From Solibaculum mannosilyticum (GTDB taxonomy: Bacteria; Bacillota; Clostridia; Oscillospirales; Acutalibacteraceae): DNA of 64,000 nt. This document shows positions 55,737 through 64,000 of this stretch, in pieces (within the stretch, counting starts at the first letter, position 1; each line of letters starts with the position of its first letter). Under the pieces are notes generated by a model. The model did no database searches, was not told where the DNA came from, and worked only from the letters and a program-made list of their open reading frames with translations. The position numbers were made by a program, and so were the translations under genes. The DNA lies in assembly GCF_015140235.1 (NCBI RefSeq), contig NZ_AP023321.1:2421842-2485841 (forward strand). The letters are read 5' to 3'.

Positions 55737-57008
55737 TCAGCCGATGACGTCTACGCCCATGAAGGGACGAAGTACTTCCGGAACGGTGACGGTACCGTCG
55801 GCATTCTGGTAGTTCTCCAGAATGGCGGCCACCGTGCGTCCCACCGCCACGCCGGAACCGTTGAGGGTGTGCACCAGCTGGGCCTTGTCCTTGACGTCCA
55901 TCTTAAACCGGATGGACGCGCGCCGTGCCTGGAAATCCTCAAAGTTGGAGCAGGACGAGATCTCCACATAGCGGTTGTAGGACGGCATCCAGACCTCGAT
56001 ATCGTAGGTCTTGGCCGAGCTAAAGCCCAAATCACCGGTGGACAAAGCCACCACACGGTACGGCAGACCCAGAAGCTGTAGGACGCGTTCCGCATCGTTT
56101 GTCAATTTCTCCAGCTCCTCGTAGGAGTGGTCGGGATGGGCAAACTTAACAAGCTCCACCTTGTTGAACTGATGCTGGCGGATAAGGCCTCTGGTGTCCC
56201 GCCCGGCCGAACCGGCCTCTGCACGGAAGCAGGCCGAATAGGCACAATAATTGATGGGTAGCTTTGTGCCGTCCAGAATCTCATCCCGGTGCATGTTGGT
56301 CACAGGGACTTCCGCCGTAGGAATGAGAAAATAATCCATATTGGAAACTTTAAAGGCGTCCTCCTCAAACTTGGGGAGCTGGCCGGTTCCTGTCATGGAT
56401 GCGCGGTTGACCATATAGGGGGGCAGGACTTCCGTATATCCGTGTTCGGTATGGGTATTGAGGAAAAAGCTGATGATGGACCGCTCCAGACGGGCGCCCA
56501 GTCCTTTGTAGAAATGGAACCGGGCGCCGGTGACCTTGGCGGCGGTTTCCGGATCCAGGATGCCCAGATCAGCGCCGATATCCCAATGGGCTTTGGGATC
56601 AAAATCCCACTGGCGCGGCTCGCCCCAGCGGCGGATCTCCTGATTTTCCGTATCATCTTTGCCAACGGGGACGCTCTCATTGGGCACGTTGGGCAGGCTG
56701 AGCATAATATCCCGCTGCTTCTGCTCCAATTCGCTCAACTGGGCGTTGTAGGCCTTGACCTGGTCGGCCAGCTGCTTCATCTCCGCCATGATGACCGACA
56801 CATCTCCCCCCTCTTTTTTGATCTGGGGGATCTTTTTGGAGGTTAAATTCTGCTGCGCCTTCATGGATTCGGCCTTGGCGGTGATCTCACGGCGCTGGAC
56901 ATCGATGTCCAGCACCTGATCGATCAAATCGTCCATATCCTTGTTGCGGGCCTTCATGGCGGCCTTGACCTTGTCCGGCTGGGCGCGCACTACTTTAATA
57001 TCCAACAT
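55737..57008 (-). CDS. serS: Serine--tRNA ligase
   Basis: 423 aa; N-terminal coiled-coil tRNA-binding arm, class II catalytic core; RBS aggaggaag. Confidence 0.95.
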   Translation of the reverse strand: MLDIKVVRAQPDKVKAAMKARNKDMDDLIDQVLDIDVQRREITAKAESMKAQQNLTSKKIPQIKKEGGDVSVIMAEMKQLADQVKAYNAQLSELEQKQRDIMLSLPNVPNESVPVGKDDTENQEIRRWGEPRQWDFDPKAHWDIGADLGILDPETAAKVTGARFHFYKGLGARLERSIISFFLNTHTEHGYTEVLPPYMVNRASMTGTGQLPKFEEDAFKVSNMDYFLIPTAEVPVTNMHRDEILDGTKLPINYCAYSACFRAEAGSAGRDTRGLIRQHQFNKVELVKFAHPDHSYEELEKLTNDAERVLQLLGLPYRVVALSTGDLGFSSAKTYDIEVWMPSYNRYVEISSCSNFEDFQARRASIRFKMDVKDKAQLVHTLNGSGVAVGRTVAAILENYQNADGTVTVPEVLRPFMGVDVIG

Positions 57009-57050
57009 ACCAATTCTTCCTCCTGGTTCTTTTGAAATGTATTGTTACTC

Positions 57051-57932
57051 TTAGTTGCGCAATGCATCCGACGGCATACCGCCGATGGCATTGGCCAGTT
57101 CCTGCAAGTCGTCCTGGCTGTAAAACTCAATCTCCAGGCTCCCCTTGACGGCGCCGGCGTGTACCTTAACCCGACGTCCCAAATGCTCGGTGAGGGACAA
57201 TTCCACCTCGTCGTAAAGGGAAGCTCGTCCGGTCATGGACCCATCTCCCGCCGGTTTAGCCGACGACGTCTGCCGGGACTTTTTGGCCAGACGTTCCAGT
57301 TCCCGGACCGACAGTCCTTTTTCCACCACCAGCTGGGCGGCATCCTGTAGATCGGCCGTATCCTCAAATCCCAACAGGGTGCGGGCATGCCCTGCCGACA
57401 ATTTTCCGTCCTTGACGTACTGCTGGACATTGTCGGGCAGATTGAGAAGCCGCACGGCATTAGCCACGGCCGGACGGGATTTCCCCACCCGTTTCGCCGC
57501 TTCCTCCTGGGTGAGATTACACCGCTCCATCAGCATGCGGTATCCTTCGGCTTCTTCGATGGCGTTTAAATCCTCCCGCTGGAGGTTCTCCACCATGGCG
57601 ATCTCCATCATCTCGGCGTCGCTCATCTCCCGGATGACCACCGGCACCTCGGTGAGCCCCGCCATACGGGAAGCCCGCCACCGGCGTTCCCCCGCCACCA
57701 GCTGATAGCCTCCTCCCGCCATAGGACGCACCAAAAGCGGTTGGATGACACCGTGCTGTGAGATGGAATCAGCTAGCTCCGCCAAGGCTTCCTCGTCAAA
57801 GGTGCGCCTGGGCTGATCCCGGTTGGGCTCAATGTCGTCCAGACGAAGCTGTACCGCACCCTGATCTTCTGCGGCATTGTCCATAAACAGGGCGTCCAGG
57901 CCCTTGCCCAGCCCTCTCTTTTTGGATGCCAT
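57051..57932 (-). CDS. parB: Chromosome partitioning protein ParB/Spo0J
   Basis: ParB box GERRWRA, HTH, C-terminal dimerisation domain; RBS gaagaaggtga. Confidence 0.9.
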   Translation of the reverse strand: MASKKRGLGKGLDALFMDNAAEDQGAVQLRLDDIEPNRDQPRRTFDEEALAELADSISQHGVIQPLLVRPMAGGGYQLVAGERRWRASRMAGLTEVPVVIREMSDAEMMEIAMVENLQREDLNAIEEAEGYRMLMERCNLTQEEAAKRVGKSRPAVANAVRLLNLPDNVQQYVKDGKLSAGHARTLLGFEDTADLQDAAQLVVEKGLSVRELERLAKKSRQTSSAKPAGDGSMTGRASLYDEVELSLTEHLGRRVKVHAGAVKGSLEIEFYSQDDLQELANAIGGMPSDALRN

Positions 57933-57937
57933 GGGAT

Positions 57938-58708
57938 TCACCTTCTTCCGTTGTTAAACTCCACTTCATCGGCCAGCTTGTTGTAAGCGTCGGCACCTTT
58001 GGAGCTTTTGTCAAAATAAAGCACCGGCTGCCCGTAGCTGGGCGCCTCGGAAAGACGCACGTTGCGGGGAATGACGGTGGCGTACACCTTGCGGGGGAAA
58101 TATCGTTTGACCTCCTCCACCACCTGCTGGGTCAGGTTAAGGCGGCCGTCGTACATGGTGAGCAGTACCCCTTCGATGTCCAATCGGCTGTTGTAAAGCC
58201 GCTTGACCTGGCGGACGGTGGACATCAGCTGACTGAGCCCCTCCAGCGCGTAAAATTCACATTGGATGGGAACCATCAAGGTATCGGCGGCGCATAAAGC
58301 GTTAAGGGTGATGATGCCCAGCGAGGGTGGGCAATCCACAAAGATGTAGTCGTACTGATCCACCACGGGAGCCAGTCCCATCCGCAGACGGGATTCCCGG
58401 TGATCCATATCCACCAGTTCGATCTCCGCGCCGGCCAGAGAGATATTGCAGGGCAATACGTCTACATTTTGGTAGTCGGATTTGACGATAATATCGCTGG
58501 CCTTGGCCTCCCCGATGAGCAAATCGTAGGATGAGACCTTGACGGTTCGTTTGTTGATGCCCATACCGCTGGTGGAATTGCCCTGGGGATCGGTATCCAC
58601 CAACAGGACACGGCGTCCCTTGGCTCCCAAGGCGGCGGCTAGGTTGACGGCGCTTGTAGTTTTGCCCACGCCGCCCTTCTGATTGGCAATGGCGATAATC
58701 TTACCCAA
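57938..58708 (-). CDS. parA: Chromosome partitioning ATPase ParA/Soj
   Basis: Deviant Walker A KGGVGKTT; probable TTG start (LGKIIAIANQ) preceded by a strong RBS aaaggaggaaggg; the ORF track extends to 58807. Confidence 0.9.
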   Translation of the reverse strand: MGKIIAIANQKGGVGKTTSAVNLAAALGAKGRRVLLVDTDPQGNSTSGMGINKRTVKVSSYDLLIGEAKASDIIVKSDYQNVDVLPCNISLAGAEIELVDMDHRESRLRMGLAPVVDQYDYIFVDCPPSLGIITLNALCAADTLMVPIQCEFYALEGLSQLMSTVRQVKRLYNSRLDIEGVLLTMYDGRLNLTQQVVEEVKRYFPRKVYATVIPRNVRLSEAPSYGQPVLYFDKSSKGADAYNKLADEVEFNNGRR

Positions 58709-58840
58709 AAAGTCCCTTCCTCCTTTGGTAATTGTAACTTTGTATCGAGAGCTTACAATAATACATATTAAAATATATATTAAACGCTGTTTTTCATTAT
58801 AGCACAAGCATCTTGTGAAAAAAAGTGTTGAGTCCCTAAA

Positions 58841-58856
58841 AGTTTCATGTGAAACA
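58841..58856. promoter_or_regulatory. parS-like site AGTTTCATGTGAAACA
   Basis: 14 of 16 match to the Firmicutes parS consensus TGTTTCACGTGAAACA; upstream of parA. Confidence 0.6.
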
Positions 58857-58980
58857 AAAAAATCCGTTTTTGACCACGAAAAAGCCGCCCTGAATGATCA
58901 GAGCGGCTTTCCCGGGTGTGAGGATGAAGTTTTATGTAATTAAAGGGTTTGGGGGAAACCCTTTAATACCAAAAATAAAA

Positions 58981-58996
58981 GGTTTCACATGAAACA
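58981..58996. promoter_or_regulatory. parS-like site GGTTTCACATGAAACA
   Basis: 14 of 16 match to the parS consensus; between noc-like and parA. Confidence 0.6.
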
Positions 58997-58999
58997 ATG

Positions 59000-59821
59000 T
59001 TAAACCACTTTCCCAAAGCTGCGCACCGTCGCCCGATCCTTTGGGATGCGAACAATGTACTCGATGTACTGTTCGGTTTCCTGTTTTTCGGCTTCGGCGT
59101 CAATACCCGATTTGCGCATGGTGTCCACGGCATGGGATACGGTGTTAAAAAACAGCCGGACGTCCTTGACAATGGGCGTCACACTCTGGACCTGTTTGGC
59201 AGGCTCCAGCAGTCTGGCAATGAGACGTTCGGTGTCGGCCACGTTGAGATGGTTGCGGATGACCTTGGTCAGCACCTGTTCCCTCTCCCCTGGATCCCGC
59301 AGACGCAGCAGGGCGCGGGCATGACGTTCGGTCAGACCGGCATCCAGGATACGCTTGCGTTCCATGGGTGGCAGACGCAGCAGGCGAATCTTGTTGGCCA
59401 GGGCCGACTGGGATTTCCCCAACCGGGCTGCGGCACATTCCTGGGTGATCTCCCACTCCTCCATGAGCTGGGCGATGGCCTCGGCCTCTTCAAAGAAGTT
59501 TAAGTCCTGTCGCTGGAGATTCTCCAGCAGCGCAAGCACCGCCGCCTTTTCGTCGTCCACCATCAGCTCCACACAGGGTACCTGTTTTAACCCGGCCATC
59601 TGGGCGGCACGCAGCCGCCGTTCCCCGGCGATGAGCTGCCACTTCCCGGCGATATGCCGGACGGTCAACGGTTGTAAAATTCCATTTTCCGCAATGGACT
59701 GGGCCAATTCTTCCAGTTCGGCTTGCTGGAAGGTCTGACGCGGCTGCCATGGATTGGGCTGGATGCTTGTGACGTCCAACCGCCGCACCTTGCTTTGCAG
59801 CCCTTCTTTGCGCTCAAACAT
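59000..59821 (-). CDS. noc: ParB-family nucleoid occlusion protein (Noc-like)
   Basis: ParB box GERRLRAAQ plus HTH; start MFERKEGL with the same RBS gaagaaggtga as parB; the longest ORF extends to 59995. Confidence 0.75.
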   Translation of the reverse strand: MFERKEGLQSKVRRLDVTSIQPNPWQPRQTFQQAELEELAQSIAENGILQPLTVRHIAGKWQLIAGERRLRAAQMAGLKQVPCVELMVDDEKAAVLALLENLQRQDLNFFEEAEAIAQLMEEWEITQECAAARLGKSQSALANKIRLLRLPPMERKRILDAGLTERHARALLRLRDPGEREQVLTKVIRNHLNVADTERLIARLLEPAKQVQSVTPIVKDVRLFFNTVSHAVDTMRKSGIDAEAEKQETEQYIEYIVRIPKDRATVRSFGKVV

Positions 59822-59996
59822 GACGTTCACCTTCTTCTCTGGAGGGGAAATCGACAAACTCCTTTGCTCCCAAATGAATCCCGGTGTAAGAAAAAATTCC
59901 GGTGAGCTTGTCCATCTATAGAATACCACAAGTTCACCAGAATTTCCAGTTAATTCCATCTTCAATTTTCGAGATGTCCCACCAAATTGCGACAAA

Positions 59997-60710
59997 TTAT
60001 AAGGGGGATTTTGCGATTTTAGTGCCCATACGGGGGTATTTTGGGGGAGTGTGCGATATCTTTTTGATGATCACCACCACACGTGTGCTCCCATCGGACA
60101 ATCGAAACTCCTTGAGTCTTTCCACCTGTCCCCCCAGCATCTCCAAGGCATTGCGGGACTGTTCCAGCTCCTCCGATGCCCCAGGCCCCTTCATGGCGGC
60201 GAACACCCCTCCCACCTTTACAAAGGGAAGGCAATACTCACACAGCGCCGGCAGGGATGCCACGGCGCGGGCGGTGGCCACGTCAAACTGCTCCCGCAAT
60301 CCGGCCGAACGTCCCCCCTCCTCGGCGCGGGCATGCAGCCGATGGGCATCCAGTCCCAATGTATGGAGCAGTTCTCCCAGGAAGTTGAGACGTTTTTGCA
60401 GGCTGTCCAAGAGCGTCAGATCGATGTCCGGACGCATGATCTTGGCCGGCACCCCGGGAAACCCCGCGCCGGTGCCCACATCGATGAGCCTCCCTCCCTC
60501 AGGGATGTCCAGGCTGCCCAGCAGAGTGAGGCTGTCGGCAAAGTGGCGGACAGCCACCTCTTCCGGCTCTTTGATGGCCGTCAGGTTCATACGGGTGTTC
60601 CAGTCCAGAAGCAGCGTCAGGTACCGGTCAAACCGGTCCATTTGAACGGCATCCAGGGAAATCCCCCATTCCTCCGCATCCCTCTGCAAAATGCTCTGCC
60701 AATGTTGCAT
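59997..60710 (-). CDS. rsmG: 16S rRNA (guanine527-N7)-methyltransferase RsmG (GidB)
   Basis: SAM-binding IDVGTGAGFPG; 237 aa. Confidence 0.9.
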   Translation of the reverse strand: MQHWQSILQRDAEEWGISLDAVQMDRFDRYLTLLLDWNTRMNLTAIKEPEEVAVRHFADSLTLLGSLDIPEGGRLIDVGTGAGFPGVPAKIMRPDIDLTLLDSLQKRLNFLGELLHTLGLDAHRLHARAEEGGRSAGLREQFDVATARAVASLPALCEYCLPFVKVGGVFAAMKGPGASEELEQSRNALEMLGGQVERLKEFRLSDGSTRVVVIIKKISHTPPKYPRMGTKIAKSPL

Positions 60711-60749
60711 CTTTGTCCTTCTCCTTGCGGTCAGACGGCCCTTTCCCCT

Positions 60750-60983
60750 TTAGAATCCATTTCCTTTGCAGTTCTCCACCGAAGAAACGGGACATCCTGC
60801 CCGGGCGGCGGTATCTTTGAGCACCTCCACCGGCAGCCGGTTGCCGCAGGATACCTGCACCCCGTCGGAAACACAATGGGCTTCCGTCACGGCACTGAGA
60901 TCCTGCAAAGCGCTGCGGGCATGTTCCATCTGCTGGGGGTTATAGGAACCGTCAAAATGTAAAATTCGTGCGATCATGGGCAA
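60750..60983 (-). CDS. Hypothetical small protein (77 aa)
   Basis: Good RBS ggaggg 9 nt upstream; sits between mnmG and rsmG; no family recognised. Confidence 0.45.
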   Translation of the reverse strand: MPMIARILHFDGSYNPQQMEHARSALQDLSAVTEAHCVSDGVQVSCGNRLPVEVLKDTAARAGCPVSSVENCKGNGF

Positions 60984-61034
60984 ATCCCTCCAATTGGTTT
61001 TTGTTGGGATTAGTGTGCCCCAAGTGTGCCTCTA

Positions 61035-62915
61035 TCATGCACGGCTGTGCTGTTCCAGCCAAATAAGCAGCACCGAGATATCGGCCGGGGATACCCCTGA
61101 GATGCGGGACGCTTGTCCCACCGATCGGGGACGGATCTTCCCCAGCTTTTCCTGGGCCTCCAGACGCAACCCTGCAATGGCGGTGTAGTCCATATCCTCG
61201 GGGAAAAGCTTGCATTCCAGACGCCGCATCTCGTCGATCTGGCTCTGCTGACGACGGATGTACCCCTCATACTTGACCTCCACCTGGCACAATTCCTGCA
61301 CGTCTAAGGGAAGATCGTCGGGACGGGTGGTATCCACCGGTTTCAGAACCTCATAGTTGAGCTGGGGACGTTTCAAAAGATCGTCCAAATGTACGCCTGT
61401 CACAAGCGGGGATGTTTCATGTGAAACAAGCAAATCATTGACCTTTTTGGTGGGAGGAATGACGGTGCTTCGGATGCGTTTCAGCTCCTGCTCCCTGCGG
61501 GCCTGCTTCTCTTGGAACCTCTGCCAACGGGCGTCGGAGATAAGCCCCACCTGGCGGCCCACCGGTGTGAGACGCTGATCGGCGTTGTCCTGCCGCAGCA
61601 CCAGCCGGTATTCCGACCGGGAGGTCATCATGCGGTAAGGGTCAGAGCATCCCTTTGTCACCAGATCGTCGATGAGGGTCCCTATGTAGGAGCTGGCGCG
61701 GTCCAGCACCATGGGAGGACGTCCCTGAAGCTTGAGGGCGGCGTTGACGCCGGCCACCAATCCCTGGGCGGCCGCTTCCTCATAGCCGGAGGAACCGTTG
61801 AACTGTCCGGCACCGTACAGTCCGGGGAAATCCAGAAACTCCAGAGTGGGACGCAGCTGAAGAGGATCCACACAGTCGTATTCGATGGCGTAAGCGGTGC
61901 GCATGATCTTAACGTGTTCCAGTCCCTTGACGGTGCGCAGGAACTTCAGCTGCACCTCCTCCGGCAGCGAGGACGACATGCCTTGCAGATAAAGCTCCTC
62001 GGTATTGAGGCCGCAGGGCTCCACAAAAATCTGATGGCGGGGTTTGCCCGCAAACCGGACGATCTTATCCTCAATGGAGGGGCAGTACCGGGGGCCGATC
62101 CCCTCGATCTTGCCGCCGTACAAGGGGGATCGATGGAGATTGTCCAAAATAACCTGCTTGGTCTGCTCATTGGTCCAGGTGATGTGACACAGTACACGGT
62201 TGGGTCCGGGATGTTCGGTCTCAAAGGAGAAGGGTACCACCGGATCCTCCCCCGGCTGGGCCTCCATCTGATCCAGGTCTACACTGGCCCGATGGACGCG
62301 GGCCGGCGTCCCCGTCTTAAACCGGCGCAGGGATACGCCCAGCCGTTTGAGGGCTACGCTGAGCTCTTTGGCTGGGAACATGCCGTCCGGCCCTCCCTCC
62401 CAGGAGGCTTCTCCCACAAAGATGCGGCCTCCCAAGAACGTACCTGTGGCGATGATGACCGCCCGGCAGGTATAAACGGCTCCCAGACGTGTGATCACCT
62501 GCCAATTGCCGTCGTCCAAACGGCGCAGATCAATCAGCTCCGCCTGCTTTAGATCCAGATTAGGCGTGGTCTCCAGCCGGTGTTTCATCCAGCCGGCGTA
62601 CTCCCGACGATCGATCTGGGCACGCAGGCTGTGGACGGCCGGTCCCTTTCCCCGGTTGAGCATACGGCTTTGCAGAAAGCAGGCGTCCGCCGCCTTTCCC
62701 ATCTCACCCCCCAGGGCGTCGATCTCCCGGACCAGATGTCCCTTGGCCGTCCCGCCGATGGAAGGATTACATGGCATATTGCCCACCCAGTCCATATTGA
62801 TGGTAAAGACACACGTACTGCATCCCAGCCGCGCCGAGGCAAGTCCCGCCTCGATGCCGGCATGGCCTGCTCCCACCACCGCTACATCATATCGGCCTGC
62901 GTCATACTCCTGCAT
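61035..62915 (-). CDS. mnmG: tRNA uridine 5-carboxymethylaminomethyl modification enzyme MnmG (GidA)
   Basis: 626 aa; FAD-binding VVGAGHAGIEA, GidA signature. Confidence 0.95.
   Translation of the reverse strand: MQEYDAGRYDVAVVGAGHAGIEAGLASARLGCSTCVFTINMDWVGNMPCNPSIGGTAKGHLVREIDALGGEMGKAADACFLQSRMLNRGKGPAVHSLRAQIDRREYAGWMKHRLETTPNLDLKQAELIDLRRLDDGNWQVITRLGAVYTCRAVIIATGTFLGGRIFVGEASWEGGPDGMFPAKELSVALKRLGVSLRRFKTGTPARVHRASVDLDQMEAQPGEDPVVPFSFETEHPGPNRVLCHITWTNEQTKQVILDNLHRSPLYGGKIEGIGPRYCPSIEDKIVRFAGKPRHQIFVEPCGLNTEELYLQGMSSSLPEEVQLKFLRTVKGLEHVKIMRTAYAIEYDCVDPLQLRPTLEFLDFPGLYGAGQFNGSSGYEEAAAQGLVAGVNAALKLQGRPPMVLDRASSYIGTLIDDLVTKGCSDPYRMMTSRSEYRLVLRQDNADQRLTPVGRQVGLISDARWQRFQEKQARREQELKRIRSTVIPPTKKVNDLLVSHETSPLVTGVHLDDLLKRPQLNYEVLKPVDTTRPDDLPLDVQELCQVEVKYEGYIRRQQSQIDEMRRLECKLFPEDMDYTAIAGLRLEAQEKLGKIRPRSVGQASRISGVSPADISVLLIWLEQHSRA
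61413..61428. promoter_or_regulatory. parS-like site TGTTTCATGTGAAACA inside mnmG
   Basis: 15 of 16 match to the parS consensus; an intragenic parS in gidA is typical of origin regions. Confidence 0.6.
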
Positions 62916-62933
62916 TCAAACACACCTTCCCCA

Positions 62934-63476
62934 TTATTTTGCAATGCATCTACAGCATCTCGCTCCCTTGGATCCAGGACGCACCCCGTAAGCACGGCAC
63001 ATGATGCCTTCGATCTCGCCCGATGCAGGGGGATTCTCCCCGCAGAACATCAGATGCATCCCGATGCCAAACAACCAATACTCCACCGGTAAAATCTCAA
63101 ATCCGTGCCGTTTGTAAAAATCGATTCGACGCTGACGCTGACACTGCTGGAAGGCGTTGTCCGTCTCCTCCACCTTTTCCACTTCTACCAGGAGGCCATC
63201 GCCATATCGTTCCTTCAGAAGGCCGATCATCTTGCCTCCAATGCCTTGGCTCCGGATAGCGGGATTGACCGCCAAATATAACACCACCGCTACATCCCCC
63301 GCCACTGTGACGGCATAGGCCTGGATGGTGCCGTCCTCTGCCTTGAGGGCAGTGCATTCCCAGAGCCCTTTTTTAACTCGACTGTAAAAGATATGCCGGG
63401 GCGGACGTTCTACAGTTGGAAAATCTCTACGCAAAAAAGGATAAATTTCCTTGAGTCTTACTTTAGTCAAAGCCAT
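62934..63476 (-). CDS. GNAT-family N-acetyltransferase
   Basis: Acetyl-CoA binding motif RSQGIGGKMI; 180 aa; RBS aaaggagg. Confidence 0.7.
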   Translation of the reverse strand: MALTKVRLKEIYPFLRRDFPTVERPPRHIFYSRVKKGLWECTALKAEDGTIQAYAVTVAGDVAVVLYLAVNPAIRSQGIGGKMIGLLKERYGDGLLVEVEKVEETDNAFQQCQRQRRIDFYKRHGFEILPVEYWLFGIGMHLMFCGENPPASGEIEGIMCRAYGVRPGSKGARCCRCIAK

Positions 63477-63524
63477 TGTAATTCCTCCTTTTTATAAGGG
63501 ATAGATACAAAATATATCTATCGT

Positions 63525-64000
63525 TTATTTTCCCACACAAAACCGGGCAAATACTTGATCCACCACCGCTTCAGTGGCCCGTTCTCCCGTGAGCTCCAGA
63601 AGCGCATCGATGGCCCCCTCTACCGATACCGATACCGCGTCGTAGGTCATGCCCATCTGGGTGGTATCCAGAGCCTCCTGCACCGCTTCTCCGGCCCGAC
63701 GCACACAGTCCCGCTGGCGCTCATTGGCCAGCATACCGGCCGACGGATCCCACGACCCGGCGCCCAGGACATCGCACACCGCTTCTCTTAATTGTTCCAT
63801 TCCCATTTCCTGCTTAGCGGAGATGGTCACCACGTAGGGTACATGACGACGAACAAAGGCCTCGTCGATGCAAGGGGTTAGATCGGTTTTATTGATGACC
63901 GCCACGGCTGGACGTCCATCCAATTTTTTCAGAAGACACCTATCTTCTTCTTCCAGATTTTGGGAGGCATCAAATACCGCCAGCACCAATCCCGCCGTCT
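63525..64000 (-). CDS. mnmE: tRNA modification GTPase MnmE (TrmE), C-terminal portion only (3' end of gene); the N-terminus lies beyond the window edge
   Basis: C-terminal MnmE region ending with the conserved CVGK tail. Confidence 0.9.
   Translation of the reverse strand, partial: TAGLVLAVFDASQNLEEEDRCLLKKLDGRPAVAVINKTDLTPCIDEAFVRRHVPYVVTISAKQEMGMEQLREAVCDVLGAGSWDPSAGMLANERQRDCVRRAGEAVQEALDTTQMGMTYDAVSVSVEGAIDALLELTGERATEAVVDQVFARFCVGK

Noticed and set aside
57009-57050. T-box leader for serS
   Set aside because: Only 42 nt separate the parB stop and the serS start, which is not enough room for a roughly 250-nt T-box leader, and no T-box sequence is present.
58941-58968. Perfect hairpin ttaaagggttt-ggggg-aaaccctttaa between noc-like and parA
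   Set aside because: Possibly a weak terminator for the noc-like gene, but it lacks a U-tract on either strand. It is recorded as a hairpin only.

Overview
This is a 64-kb window at about 58% GC that reads as a Clostridia-type gut anaerobe. The evidence is classic Firmicutes housekeeping genes alongside sporulation genes (SleB, a GH18 enzyme with SH3b repeats, a DUF4830 protein), an rnfCDGEAB operon and pyruvate:ferredoxin oxidoreductase. Gene density is high on both strands. The right end is the origin-proximal block, on the minus strand: mnmE (runs off the window), a GNAT gene, mnmG, rsmG, noc-like, parA, parB, then serS, with three parS-like palindromes. Other clear content includes two giant secreted carbohydrate-active enzymes carrying CBM32/F5-8 type C modules (a GH2 hydrolase and a multi-domain SGNH plus alpha/beta-hydrolase esterase), four minus-strand tRNA genes and a cydDC-like ABC exporter operon. 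There is no CRISPR array, transposase or integrase. The unusual items, in order of interest:
- a 98-bp tandem repeat array (about 3.3 copies) filling the nfeD-floT intergenic region;
- a divergent XRE-HTH plus TPR (RNPP/Rgg-like) regulator with a candidate 13-aa hydrophobic peptide ORF and a 23-bp palindrome downstream;
- a roughly 90-bp terminator-containing element present twice, 28 kb apart (candidate small RNA or miniature repeat element);
- a paired C-terminal domain module shared only by the two giant enzymes;
- an orphan MalK-like cassette whose Q-loop, signature, Walker B, D-loop and H-loop motifs are all degenerate;
- an operon fusing a DUF454/YbaN membrane protein to an HMA metal-binding domain, coupled to a YgbA/NosP-like Cys-rich protein and the ABC exporter;
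- riboswitch-like or attenuator-like leaders ahead of the GH18 gene and ilvD;
- an AT-rich island with an orphan ribbon-helix-helix gene next to the tRNA cluster.
Manually counted coordinates for RNA genes, terminators and promoters may be off by 1-2 nt.
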